Positions 11,017 through 21,183 of a DNA stretch of 64,000 bases are shown here, piece after piece. Both the position numbers and the translations under genes were made by a program. The DNA lies in the NCBI GenBank assembly GCA_037137535.1, contig JBAXKC010000003.1, positions 73,960 through 137,959 of the forward strand, given 5' to 3'. Origin of the DNA: a bacterium (GTDB taxonomy: Bacteria; Cyanobacteriota; Vampirovibrionia; Gastranaerophilales; JBAXKC01). Under the pieces are notes generated by a model. The model saw only the letters and a program-made list of their open reading frames with translations. It was not told where the DNA came from and did no database searches. Numbering within the stretch: position 1 is the stretch's first letter; every line of letters begins with the position of its first letter.

Positions 11017-11170
11017 TGTCCCGTACCTCTTAACTGTCGATAACTCTTTATTTGTAGAACATTAAGCATTGTCCTGCTCTTTAATATTACCATATAAAGT
11101 AATTTAAAAAACATCAATTTGTGGTATATAAGCGAAAAAAAACAAAAATGGGAATAGCTTGTTTAGAAAG

Positions 11171-12241
11171 CTATTCCGGACTTTCTTCATGTTCTGTCGC
11201 AAAAGTTAAACTGCTCATACTTTCACGAACTTTAATTTCAACTTCGGCAAGTAGTTCAGGATTTTCCTCGAGGAATTGGGATGCTTTTTCTCTACCTTGA
11301 CCAATTTTATTATCATTGTAGCTAAACCATGAACCTGATTTTTTCACAATGTCCATATCAGCCGCAATATCAAGAATACAACCTGTTTTAGAAATGCCTT
11401 CTCCGTATACTATGTCGAATTCAGCAATTCTAAACGGTGGAGCTACTTTATTTTTAACTACTTTTACTTTTGTTCTGTTGCCATATTCAACACCGTCTCT
11501 TTTTAATGTTTCTTTTCTTCTTATGTCAAGTCTTACACTTGCATAATATTTAAGAGCATTACCACCTGTTGTTGTTTCGTTAGAACCGTACATAACACCG
11601 ATTTTAGATCTCAACTGGTTGATAAATATAACGGTAGTTCTTGTTTTATTTACAATCCCCGTAAGTTTTCTTAAAGCTTGACTCATTAGTCTGGCTTGAA
11701 GTCCCATGTGGCTATCGCCCATATCGCCTTCTATTTCGGCTTTTGGTACAAGAGCGGCAACTGAATCCACTACAATAACGTCAATTGCTCCGGAACGAAC
11801 AAGTTCTTCCGTTATTTCAAGAGCCTGTTCACCTGTGTCGGGTTGACTTATAAGAAGTTCGTCAACTTTAACACCAAGTTTTCTTGCATAATCAGGATCT
11901 AAGGCATGTTCAGCATCAATAAATGCAGCTAATCCGCCTGCTTTTTGCGCTTCAGCAACTATATGCTGTGCTAAAGTAGTTTTACCACTACTTTCAGGTC
12001 CATATAATTCTATAATTCTGCCTCTTGGCACTCCGCCTATTCCTAATGCCAAGTCAAGTGATAAAGCACCTGTTGGGATAACTTCAACCGAGGTTGCAGT
12101 TCTATCGCCAAGTCTCATTATTGATCCTTTACCAAAATCTTTTTCGATTTTAGCAAGGGCAAGTTCTAATGCTTTACTTCGCTCTGTATGTTCAGATTTA
12201 TCAGCTTTTTTATCAGCTTTGATTTTTTCTTCAACAGCCAT
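11171..12241 (-). CDS. recA: Recombinase A
   Basis: [34 protein letters not shown] 12241 after GAGGAG. Confidence 0.99.
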   Translation of the reverse strand: MAVEEKIKADKKADKSEHTERSKALELALAKIEKDFGKGSIMRLGDRTATSVEVIPTGALSLDLALGIGGVPRGRIIELYGPESSGKTTLAQHIVAEAQKAGGLAAFIDAEHALDPDYARKLGVKVDELLISQPDTGEQALEITEELVRSGAIDVIVVDSVAALVPKAEIEGDMGDSHMGLQARLMSQALRKLTGIVNKTRTTVIFINQLRSKIGVMYGSNETTTGGNALKYYASVRLDIRRKETLKRDGVEYGNRTKVKVVKNKVAPPFRIAEFDIVYGEGISKTGCILDIAADMDIVKKSGSWFSYNDNKIGQGREKASQFLEENPELLAEVEIKVRESMSSLTFATEHEESPE

Positions 12242-12482
12242 TATATTTCTCCTCACAAATGTGTTTTATGTAAATTTATAAGAAATAACAAAGATTAATA
12301 AAATTATACTACAATTACTTATCGCAAGTATAAAAGGTTTTATAAATTTTTAATAATAAAGTAAACCAAATAAAATAATTCCCAAATCTGTAAAAATTGT
12401 TTAAAATAAGATAGATGAGTTGATGTTTGCTAAAATTGAAAAAGTATTTAATTATGGTGTAGCTATTAAATTGGAGTGAAGA

Positions 12483-13628
12483 ATGACTGAAGATAGCCTA
12501 ATAAATGGTGGTTCAGGTGTTAATGTTATAGAAGAAGCCTTTTCGGAAAATCATTTTAGTATAGAAAATTTTTTAAAACTTTCTATAAGTCAAGGTTTTT
12601 CAGATATTCACTTAAGGGTCGGTTCACCTCCTATGGCTCGTAAAGATGGATTAATGCTTAAATCTAAGTTTAAATCTTTAACAAATGATGACATGCGAGA
12701 TATTGTAAGAACACTTGTCCCTAAAAGTGACCATGAGAAAGCTCTTAACTCTAGTGATTTTGATTTTTCTTTTGAATTTGAAAAGCTCTCTAGATTTAGA
12801 GCAAATTTATTCAAAGACATGGGAAATATTGGCTTTGTTTTAAGGCTTATCCCTATAAATATCCCATCAATTGACAGTTTGTATCTTCCTCCTGTTTTAA
12901 AAGAATTTACCACATTGCACAATGGTCTGATTTTGGTTACAGGTCCTACGGGAAGCGGAAAGTCTACAACCTTGGCTTCGATGCTTGATTATATAAATCA
13001 AAATACTCAGAAACATATTGTAACTCTTGAAGATCCTGTTGAATTTGTTCATTCAAACAAAAAGTGCGTATTTACTCAAAGACAGCTTGGCATTGATACC
13101 GATACTTTTTCAAATGGATTAAAGTATGCTTTACGTCAAGATCCCGACGTTATTTTGGTAGGTGAGATGCGTGACAGGGAAACTATCAACGCTGCATTAA
13201 AAGCCGCTGAAACTGGTCATCTTGTGTTTTCAACACTTCACACGACCGATGCGGTTCAAACAATAAACAGGATTATTAATGCTTTTGAGCCTCATGAAAG
13301 AGAACCGATTAGATTGCAGATTGCGGCTACTTTGCGTGGAACAGTTGCTCAAAAACTTGTTAAAAAAGCCGATAAAAAAGGACGAGTCCCTGCTTTAGAA
13401 GTACTTGTGTCAACTCCTGCCGTTAAAGATTATATTACTAAAAATTGTGTTGACAGTATTTATGATCTGGTAAAATCAGGTGGCTTTAGTGGTATGATAA
13501 GTATGAATATGTCCTTGTTTAATCTTGTTAAAGCGGAGTTAATCACTCTTGAAGAAGCGCTTGAAGCTTCAAATACTCCAAATGAGATGCAACAGTTACT
13601 AAATGGTGTATATCACGGTTCATTTTAA
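12483..13628 (+). CDS. pilT: Type IV pilus retraction ATPase, PilT/PilU family
   Basis: GPTGSGKSTT, TLEDPVE, LRQDPDVILVGEMRD, AETGHLVFSTLHT. Confidence 0.9.
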   Translation: MTEDSLINGGSGVNVIEEAFSENHFSIENFLKLSISQGFSDIHLRVGSPPMARKDGLMLKSKFKSLTNDDMRDIVRTLVPKSDHEKALNSSDFDFSFEFEKLSRFRANLFKDMGNIGFVLRLIPINIPSIDSLYLPPVLKEFTTLHNGLILVTGPTGSGKSTTLASMLDYINQNTQKHIVTLEDPVEFVHSNKKCVFTQRQLGIDTDTFSNGLKYALRQDPDVILVGEMRDRETINAALKAAETGHLVFSTLHTTDAVQTINRIINAFEPHEREPIRLQIAATLRGTVAQKLVKKADKKGRVPALEVLVSTPAVKDYITKNCVDSIYDLVKSGGFSGMISMNMSLFNLVKAELITLEEALEASNTPNEMQQLLNGVYHGSF

Positions 13629-13632
13629 ATAA

Positions 13633-14112
13633 ATGTCAGAAATATTAAGTATAACTTCAATTATAAACTTGATAAAAGTGACTATCGGGCTTAAAAGGCC
13701 TGAGTATAAAGTTGTGCCTCAAAAAAAAGTCATAAAACCTGTTGAACCTCTCCTTTCTATTGAGGATTCAAGGAAACTTGTAGCGGGTTTGATTTTTGAA
13801 GCATTGACAAGAAAAACTTGTGTTAGAGAAGCAATTAAGCGTTTTCCGCCCGATCAATTCGATGCTTCAATTCAAGCTGCGTGGCATGCACTTGTTCATT
13901 TTGAGGCGGATGAGGATATGAGGCTTAGAGATCCTGCGTATGCGAGAGAACAGGACGATTACCTTGAAATGTTAGCATTTACCTTGCAAAATGGCACAGC
14001 TTTGCCCTTAAATATTATAGATTGTTATAAGCCATATCATGGTGCGGCTTTAATACCACGTTCTACAAAGATAAAATCTATTTTAAAAAGTTTAATCAGA
14101 TTTATTATTTAA
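13633..14112 (+). CDS. Hypothetical protein co-transcribed with pilT/pilU
   Basis: Starts 4 nt after the pilT stop; 159-aa ORF. Confidence 0.7.
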   Translation: MSEILSITSIINLIKVTIGLKRPEYKVVPQKKVIKPVEPLLSIEDSRKLVAGLIFEALTRKTCVREAIKRFPPDQFDASIQAAWHALVHFEADEDMRLRDPAYAREQDDYLEMLAFTLQNGTALPLNIIDCYKPYHGAALIPRSTKIKSILKSLIRFII

Positions 14113-14169
14113 CTTTAGTCGCCAAATAATCAAAAGCCTTATTATTAAGTTTTGAATATATAGAAATGC

Positions 14170-14190
14170 AAAAGAGGCTTAGCCTCTTTG
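14170..14190. terminator. Short hairpin between convergent genes
   Basis: AAAAGAGGC-TTA-GCCTCTTTG. Confidence 0.55.
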
Positions 14191-14262
14191 CCGCTGATAG
14201 GCGACTGTGAGAGGGTTTTTGATAATTTGAATTAGCGATTTGAATTATTTAGAAAATACGTT

Positions 14263-15111
14263 TTATTCTTTAATTCCGCCCGCCATGATGCCTTTAATAA
14301 AGAATTTTTGCCCTGCTAAAAAGAGTCCTATTGCGGGTATTGTCGATATAACAGCGCATGACATAAGTTGTCCCCATTCGGTTGTTTCTCTGAAACTACC
14401 TTTAAATACTGCAAGACCAACGGGTAATGTTCTCATATTCTCGGAATTGGTTACTATTAATGGCCACATAAAGCTATTCCAGCTTGAAATGAAAGTAAAT
14501 AGTGCAAGTGTGATTATTGCAGGCATTGCTAGAGGAATTGCAATTTTGAAGAAAATATCGAAATAATTGCATCCGTCAAGCTTTGCAGCATCTTCAAGGT
14601 CTTTTGGCATTCCTTTAAACCATTGGCGAAGTAAAAATACTCCAAAACCTCCGAAAAACCCTGGGATAATTAAGGCAAAATAACTATCAATCCACCCAAA
14701 CTGCTTCATCAGGAAAAACAGCGGAACAATGTTTACTTGTGGCGGAATCATAATAGTAGCAAGGAAAATAAAGAACAGAGGTTCTCTGAAACGAAAATTT
14801 AATCGTGCAAAAGCATAAGCGGCCATCGCAGAAAATAAAACTTGCCCTAAACAAGTGAATATTGCGACAATTAAACTATTAAAGAAATAAATTGCAATAG
14901 GTATATTTTTAAAAATATTTATATAATTTGTGAACACAAAAGGATTGGGAATTATTGATGGAGGAAGCGAGAAAATTTGATTTTGTCCCATCAAAGAAAG
15001 TAATACCATCCATATAAACGGAAAAACCGCTAAAAAAGAGGCAATTATCAGAAAAAAATATGCTATAAAAATTTTTATTCGTTTAATACCCATTTTTTCC
15101 TTGTTTTCCAT
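14263..15111 (-). CDS. Carbohydrate ABC transporter permease (MalG/UgpE-like)
   Basis: EAA-like loop (LEDAAKLDGC), 6 TM segments, WNSFMWPLI. Confidence 0.93.
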   Translation of the reverse strand: MENKEKMGIKRIKIFIAYFFLIIASFLAVFPFIWMVLLSLMGQNQIFSLPPSIIPNPFVFTNYINIFKNIPIAIYFFNSLIVAIFTCLGQVLFSAMAAYAFARLNFRFREPLFFIFLATIMIPPQVNIVPLFFLMKQFGWIDSYFALIIPGFFGGFGVFLLRQWFKGMPKDLEDAAKLDGCNYFDIFFKIAIPLAMPAIITLALFTFISSWNSFMWPLIVTNSENMRTLPVGLAVFKGSFRETTEWGQLMSCAVISTIPAIGLFLAGQKFFIKGIMAGGIKE

Positions 15112-15962
15112 TGAATTAAAGTAAGTCCTAAGATTATTAAAAATAAAATATAAGCTATTGCCGAGGCTTTACCTAGTTTGAACAGTTCAAAGGCATTTTT
15201 ATACATCCAGTAAACCATTACCATTGTTGAGTTTTCAGGGCCTCCTCCTGTCATAAGATAAACCATATCAAATATTTGAAACGAGCTTACCGTTGTCATT
15301 ATTAAAACAAAAAAGACAGTCGGCGATAAAAGAGGAAGAGTTATCAGGAAAAATCTGTTTATGGAATTTGCCCCGTCAATTTCTGCGGCTTCAGAATAGG
15401 TTTCGGGGATATTCTGAAGTGCTGCAAGAAAAATAATCAGATTATATCCGATATTTTTCCATATACTGGCTATTATTAATGCCCATAGTGCTATATTTTT
15501 GTCATAGAGCCAGTTTATTCCATGATTTGCTCCTAATAGCCAATTTATAATACTGTAATTGGGGTCATAAATCCATTCCCATACAATCGCACAAACTATC
15601 ATAGGTGTTACGTATGGTATGAATATAGATAATTTATAAAAATTACTGAATTTGATTTTTTGATTCAGTAATAAGGCTAAAAATAAAGGTAAAATTACTC
15701 CAAAAAATGCAGTAAAAAACGAATAAAAAAATGTATTCCATAATACTTTATAGAAAAGTGGTTCGTTTAAAATTTCAATGTAATTATTGAAGCCTACAAA
15801 TTTTATGGGGCTTATAAGGTCCCAATGACAAAAGCTAATAAAAAAGGAGGTAATAACAGGTAAAACAATAAATAATAAAATACCCAAAAAAGCGGGAGCT
15901 ATGAATAAAAACGCCCATGTATTTTCTTTATTGAATAATTTTTTAAAAATATCTGATTTCAT
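15075..15962 (-). CDS. Carbohydrate ABC transporter permease (MalF/UgpA-like)
   Basis: EAAEIDGA, ITLPLLSP, MTGGGP. Confidence 0.93.
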   Translation of the reverse strand: MKSDIFKKLFNKENTWAFLFIAPAFLGILLFIVLPVITSFFISFCHWDLISPIKFVGFNNYIEILNEPLFYKVLWNTFFYSFFTAFFGVILPLFLALLLNQKIKFSNFYKLSIFIPYVTPMIVCAIVWEWIYDPNYSIINWLLGANHGINWLYDKNIALWALIIASIWKNIGYNLIIFLAALQNIPETYSEAAEIDGANSINRFFLITLPLLSPTVFFVLIMTTVSSFQIFDMVYLMTGGGPENSTMVMVYWMYKNAFELFKLGKASAIAYILFLIILGLTLIQWKTRKKWVLNE

Positions 15963-16126
15963 TTTATATTTATTTTTTGATTATTACTCTTTATTCTTAG
16001 CCAACATCAATAATAAAGAAAGTTTTTCTTGAAAATAGCTTAATAAATCCTTAAAATTTTTTAACCGTTTTGTTTATGTTATCCTCAATAGTAAACGATA
16101 ATTGGAAAAATACGAAAGGAAAAGCA

Positions 16127-17572
16127 ATGACACTGGTACTAACTGCTTTTAATAAAAATGATATCAGAGGCATCGTAAACGAAAATTTAAATGAAGAAAT
16201 ATATGCTTTAGCAACAAAGGCTTATGTTAAGTTTGCTACAGCTAAGCTTGAGAAAAAACCTCAAGAGCTTGTTATTGGTGTTGCAATGGATGCAAGAAAT
16301 CATTCCCCGGGCTTTACTAAAGTTGTTATTGATACTTTGGTAGATGCAGGGGTGAATGTTCTTGATTTTGGACTTTGTCCTACTCCTCTCGGTTATTTTT
16401 CTGAATTTTCAGGGGCACATACGCATGGAGCTATGATAATAACTGCAAGTCACAATCCGTCTGAGTATAACGGAATGAAAATGACTCTTGCTCAAAAATC
16501 TCTTACAGAAGAAGAAATTTTTATGTTGAGAGATATGCTTGTTACCGAAAAATTTGAAAGTGCCGAGATAAAAGGTACTGTTAAAAAATATGATATTGCA
16601 GGCGAATATATTGAAAAAACAAGCCGTATGTTTCAACATGCAGGCCAAGGCTTAAAAGTCGTTGTAGACAGCGGAAACGCTACGGCAGGAATTGCAGCTC
16701 CTGAATTATACAGAAAAATGAGTTGTGATGTAATCGACATTTTCACCGAGCCTGATGGTAATTTCCCAAATCATCATCCTGATCCGTCAAAAGAAAAAAA
16801 TCTTCAACATCTTAAAGAAAAGATTAAAGAAACAGGTGCTGATTTTGGTATAGCTTTTGATGGTGATTCAGACAGAATAGGCGTTGTAGACAATACAGGC
16901 TATGCAATACCTGGCGATCAGCTTTTATTGATTCTTGCTCTTGATATCTTGAAATCAAGAAAAATTTCAGAAGCAAAACCTGTTATTATCTCCGAAGTCA
17001 AATGCTCTCAAACCTTGTTTGATACTATTGATAAAAATGGCGGCAGATCAATTATGTGGAAAACAGGTCACGCTTACATTAAAAATAAAATGAGAGAAGA
17101 AAACGCTGTTTTAGCTGGTGAAATGAGCGGACATATTTTCTTTAAAGACAGATATTATGGATTTGATGATGCCATTTATGCTGGGTGTAGAATGATTGAA
17201 ATTATGGCAAAGCATAAAGCTCATAATCCGAATTATAAACTTTCAGACTTAATTGAAAGTTTGCCAAAAGCCTTTACTTCTCCTGAAGTTAGGTTTGCTT
17301 GCCCAAATGAATACAAATTTATATTAATTGACAAAATTAATGAAAAAATTGAGCAGAATTCAAATATTTTTGGCTCAAAAATAGAAAAAATAATTACTCT
17401 TGATGGACTTAGAATAGTATTTACTGACGGGTTTGGATTAATAAGAGCAAGTAATACAGAACCTACGCTTACTTTAAGATTTGAAGGTTCTACCTCTGAA
17501 AGTTGTAATAATTATAAAGATTCAATCATTTCTATTATCGAGTCTACGCTTGAAGAATTAAAAAATGTCTAA
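16127..17572 (+). CDS. Phosphomannomutase/phosphoglucomutase
   Basis: DIRG, TASHNP, FDGDSDR, GEMSGH, RASNTEP; ATG 16127 after AAAGGA. Confidence 0.95.
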   Translation: MTLVLTAFNKNDIRGIVNENLNEEIYALATKAYVKFATAKLEKKPQELVIGVAMDARNHSPGFTKVVIDTLVDAGVNVLDFGLCPTPLGYFSEFSGAHTHGAMIITASHNPSEYNGMKMTLAQKSLTEEEIFMLRDMLVTEKFESAEIKGTVKKYDIAGEYIEKTSRMFQHAGQGLKVVVDSGNATAGIAAPELYRKMSCDVIDIFTEPDGNFPNHHPDPSKEKNLQHLKEKIKETGADFGIAFDGDSDRIGVVDNTGYAIPGDQLLLILALDILKSRKISEAKPVIISEVKCSQTLFDTIDKNGGRSIMWKTGHAYIKNKMREENAVLAGEMSGHIFFKDRYYGFDDAIYAGCRMIEIMAKHKAHNPNYKLSDLIESLPKAFTSPEVRFACPNEYKFILIDKINEKIEQNSNIFGSKIEKIITLDGLRIVFTDGFGLIRASNTEPTLTLRFEGSTSESCNNYKDSIISIIESTLEELKNV

Positions 17573-18608
17573 ATATCCGTTAAAGCCAAAAGATGTTGAT
17601 TTTGAGGAATTGCGATCTTTAACATTATTTATTAAGCCTCTTATTGGTTTAATAATTTTGTTAAGTTTGGGAACCTTTGGTTATATGATTATAGAAGGCT
17701 GGAATTGGCTAGATTCCCTTTTTATGAGCGTTATTACCTTTACAACGGTTGGTTATGGAACAGTTCATCCTTTATCTCATGCAGGGCAAATTTTCACAAT
17801 GCTTTATATTTTATTTGGCGTTGTGTTGTTTCTTTATTTTGCTGCGGAGTTTGCAGAATATATTATTACGGTTAATTTTGGAAAGATTTTAGGCAAAAGA
17901 AAAATGCGAAAAAAATTGTCAAAACTGAAAGAACACTATCTTGTATGCGGCTATGGAAGAACAGGTGCAGAAATAACTTCACAATTGAAAAATAGCGGTT
18001 TGGATTTTGTTGTGATTGAAAAAAATAACGATTTTGAGGAAATAGCTCAAAAAGAAGGTTTTTTATACGTCCTTGGTGATGCAACAGATGATGATACGTT
18101 AAAAAGTGCTGGAATTCTTGAGGCAAAGGGGATATTTTGTGCATTAAGCGATGACGTTGATAACCTGTATTTAACTTTATCTGCAAAGAATATTAATCCT
18201 AGGCTTACCATTGTTGCAAGATGTATTAAAGCATCAAACGAACCTAAATTTAAAAAAGCGGGTGCAAAAAGTATTATTTTACCTTATGAAATTTGCGGAA
18301 GAAGAATGGTAGCCTCAGTAGTTAAGCCTTTTGTCGTTGATTTTCTTGATGTAGTTATGCATACTAAGGGGCGAGAATTAGAATTAACGCTTGAGCAATT
18401 TATGCTTAAAGAAAATTCTGTCTTAATCGGTAAATCAATCATTTCTTCAGGAATGAGGCAACAAACAGGTGTAATTATTATCGCTATAAAAAGAGAAGAT
18501 GAATATATTACAAATCCTACACCAACGACCGTTTTACAAGAGAAAGATGTATTGATTGCTCTTGGAGCGACATCGGAACTTTCAGCGTTTGAAGAACTTT
18601 ATTTGTAG
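17565..18608 (+). CDS. Potassium channel with TrkA-N/TrkA-C (RCK) domains
   Basis: TTVGYG selectivity filter, 2 TM, CGYGRTG Rossmann motif, C-terminal RCK_C. Confidence 0.93.
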   Translation: MSKYPLKPKDVDFEELRSLTLFIKPLIGLIILLSLGTFGYMIIEGWNWLDSLFMSVITFTTVGYGTVHPLSHAGQIFTMLYILFGVVLFLYFAAEFAEYIITVNFGKILGKRKMRKKLSKLKEHYLVCGYGRTGAEITSQLKNSGLDFVVIEKNNDFEEIAQKEGFLYVLGDATDDDTLKSAGILEAKGIFCALSDDVDNLYLTLSAKNINPRLTIVARCIKASNEPKFKKAGAKSIILPYEICGRRMVASVVKPFVVDFLDVVMHTKGRELELTLEQFMLKENSVLIGKSIISSGMRQQTGVIIIAIKREDEYITNPTPTTVLQEKDVLIALGATSELSAFEELYL

Positions 18609-18628
18609 AGTCTGTGAGGGAATAATTT

Positions 18629-19654
18629 ATGAAAAATCATAAAATCGTGATCGTTATAATTGCTCTTTGTTTATTTAGTATAGTTGCAGGGCTTTACGGT
18701 AAAAATATCAACACTCAAAAGGCGAAAGCTACTCAGGATGAAAGTACAATGAGTTTATTTTCTGATGGCGATAAAATTGCATTAATTAATATTGACGGAC
18801 CTATTCAATTTGAGAGTTCAGATAGTCTTTTCGGGCCTAAAACGTCAGCAGAAAATGCGAGAGTTTCTCTTAAAAAAATATTAAAAGATGATTCAGTTAA
18901 AGGTGTTTTACTTAGAATAAACAGCCCAGGCGGAACAGTCGGAATGTCGCAGGAAGTTTATTCTGATGTTTTAAAAGTAAGAGCAGTTAAGCCTGTTGTT
19001 GTTTCAATGGTTGATATGGCTGCAAGCGGAGGTTATTATATTTCTGCTGCTGCTGATAGGATTTATGCTTATCCGGGGACACTTACAGGTAGTATAGGCG
19101 TTATTTTAAACACTTATGATGCAGGTGAGCTGCTAACTAAAAAACTCGGAGTAAAGCCTGAAATAATAAAAAGCGGTAAATTTAAAGATATTGCTTCTCC
19201 TTATCGTTCAATGACTAAAGAAGAAAGACAATTATTGCAAAATATGACCGATTCAACTCATGAACAGTTTATTAACGCAGTAATTGTGGCGAGAAGTAAT
19301 CGCAACGATAAGTATAAGGTTAAAAAACAGATATTAGACGCTAAAATCTTGAGAGAACATGCAGATGGTCGAATTTTTAACGGTGAACAAGCACTTCAAA
19401 TAGGACTTGTTGATAGTATAGGAACATTAGCTGATGCACATGATGCAGTAAGTGATATGGCTAAAGAAAAATTTGGCATAAAGTCTAAAAATTCCATTCC
19501 TCTTGTCAATTATAATGCACCAACAGGTTTCAATGAGATATTCTGCGGAGCAAAAAGTCAATTGGGTAAATTTGGTATAACAGGCGATATAAGTGAAAAA
19601 CTTATGCCATTCAGTGCAAAACATCCTAATCAGCCTCTTATAATATGGGAGTAA
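18629..19654 (+). CDS. sppA: Signal peptide peptidase SppA (S49)
   Basis: INSPGG, AASGGYY, TGSIGV, KSGKFKD. Confidence 0.93.
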   Translation: MKNHKIVIVIIALCLFSIVAGLYGKNINTQKAKATQDESTMSLFSDGDKIALINIDGPIQFESSDSLFGPKTSAENARVSLKKILKDDSVKGVLLRINSPGGTVGMSQEVYSDVLKVRAVKPVVVSMVDMAASGGYYISAAADRIYAYPGTLTGSIGVILNTYDAGELLTKKLGVKPEIIKSGKFKDIASPYRSMTKEERQLLQNMTDSTHEQFINAVIVARSNRNDKYKVKKQILDAKILREHADGRIFNGEQALQIGLVDSIGTLADAHDAVSDMAKEKFGIKSKNSIPLVNYNAPTGFNEIFCGAKSQLGKFGITGDISEKLMPFSAKHPNQPLIIWE

Positions 19655-20229
19655 TGATAATGGAAAATTTTTTAGAAAATATTTACGGTTCGATAGTTGA
19701 GCCAATCAAAACCTTTGATAGGTTGAAAGAAGAAAAACCTTATCTGCAAGCTCTTATTATCGTTATTGTTATAAGTTTATTATCTCCTGTTTTTAATAAT
19801 ATGCTTGCGGTTGATAAGCAATCGTTCGGCGAATTATTAGGATTTTCTATTTTATCGGTTATTGCAGGATTGTTTAATTGGCTGGCTTTTGCAGGATTTA
19901 TGGAATTATTTTCATTTATCTTTAATCAAAATGGTAAATTTAAAGAAATGTTAACTTTATCGGGGTTTGCTTTAATTCCATGGATACTGTTGGCTCCTGT
20001 TTTTCTTTTAAAGCAAGCGGGGACTTTCTTTGAAGGTATAGGTATTTTACTTGCTCTTTGCGTTTTTATTTGGGCGATATTTTTATTCTTTTTATCCGTA
20101 GCAAAAAGTTACGGCTTAACTGCGTTAAGATGCATAGTTTTTGCTTTAATTCCTTTGATAGCATCAATTATTCAACTTCATTGGTTTATTTATTTTATAC
20201 AAAATTTTATTCAAGTTATAAAAGTATAA
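19645..20229 (+). CDS. YIP1-family membrane protein
   Basis: P..TF..L motif then about 5 TM helices; start may be 19660. Confidence 0.75.
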   Translation: MGVMIMENFLENIYGSIVEPIKTFDRLKEEKPYLQALIIVIVISLLSPVFNNMLAVDKQSFGELLGFSILSVIAGLFNWLAFAGFMELFSFIFNQNGKFKEMLTLSGFALIPWILLAPVFLLKQAGTFFEGIGILLALCVFIWAIFLFFLSVAKSYGLTALRCIVFALIPLIASIIQLHWFIYFIQNFIQVIKV

Positions 20230-20247
20230 CTAAATTTAAATCTTTAA

Positions 20248-20280
20248 AATACTTAGCTAATGAATAATTAGCTAAGTATT
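20248..20280. terminator. Hairpin between convergent genes
   Basis: AATACTTAGCTAAT...ATTAGCTAAGTATT, 14-bp perfect stem. Confidence 0.7.
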
Positions 20281-20301
20281 GTGTTATTTATTGAAATTTT
20301 A

Positions 20302-20652
20302 TTAAACCGGAACAGCCATTGCTTCAGCCATTTTAGAAGAAGCGTTCATGAATTCGTTTATGTCACTGTTAAAATACTGCTTAATCAGCATTTTAATTGC
20401 GTTTTCTCCTGCATCTATTCTTGATACTTTTGATCTGTAAAAATACTTTTTGCCTAGTTTAATTCTAACAACTTCTTCCTTTTCTACAAGTCTGTCTAAG
20501 ACTGTTTTTATTGTGGTGTAAGCCCACTTTTGAGACTCAGAATTTATCGTGTTTTGAACGTCTGATACATCAATGTGAAGTTTATCATTTTCTTCCATGT
20601 TCCATAATGCATTAAGCACAATATTCTCTAGATGTCCCTGTTTAAGGTTCAT
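20302..20652 (-). CDS. BlaI/MecI/CopY-family transcriptional repressor
   Basis: LE..VL..LW, WAYTTIKTVLDRLVEK, R.K.GK.Y.Y. Confidence 0.9.
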   Translation of the reverse strand: MNLKQGHLENIVLNALWNMEENDKLHIDVSDVQNTINSESQKWAYTTIKTVLDRLVEKEEVVRIKLGKKYFYRSKVSRIDAGENAIKMLIKQYFNSDINEFMNASSKMAEAMAVPV

Positions 20653-20758
20653 TGTTTTCTCCTACACTAAGCTACTCATATTATTTTATGAATAATACGC
20701 ACGAATAAAAGACATATTATGTCTAATATTTACAAATATTATTACATTTTGATATTTG

Positions 20759-21076
20759 TTAATTATTTTTATCGTTTTCAGGTCCAAAAGTTATATCATG
20801 AGGTCCAAAGCCACTATGGGTATTAAACCCTGGGGCACTATATGACCCAAAATCATCGCTTTTATTGCTCTTGTCTTTATAAATAATGGCACCTGATTTA
20901 GATATTATAATTTCGTTTTTATCTTCATTATTTTCTATTCCATACAGTTTATTTATTTCTTCTGAGTTCACAATGTGGCCCATTTGGGTACACGATGTTG
21001 TTACCATAGTTAAAATAACGGTGGTTAGTAACAACAGGAAAAATTTTCCCAAACGGCCCGACATATCGAACCTCAC
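20759..21076 (-). CDS. Putative lipoprotein
   Basis: Basic-hydrophobic N-terminus followed by TTSC lipobox-like site. Confidence 0.6.
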   Translation of the reverse strand: MRFDMSGRLGKFFLLLLTTVILTMVTTSCTQMGHIVNSEEINKLYGIENNEDKNEIIISKSGAIIYKDKSNKSDDFGSYSAPGFNTHSGFGPHDITFGPENDKNN

Positions 21077-21183
21077 ATCTTCTTTTTATTCAATTATCAC
21101 TTTATACTACAATTATAGAGCTTTTTCATGAAATTTTCATCAAACTTTAATATGATATTTCTTTTTATTTACAATCAAAATTT

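Noticed and set aside
12257-12482. LexA/SOS box upstream of recA (TTATACT-N16-AGTATAA)
   Set aside because: It does not match the GAAC-N4-GTTC, CTGT-N8-ACAG or cyanobacterial boxes; short AT-rich arms are likely chance.
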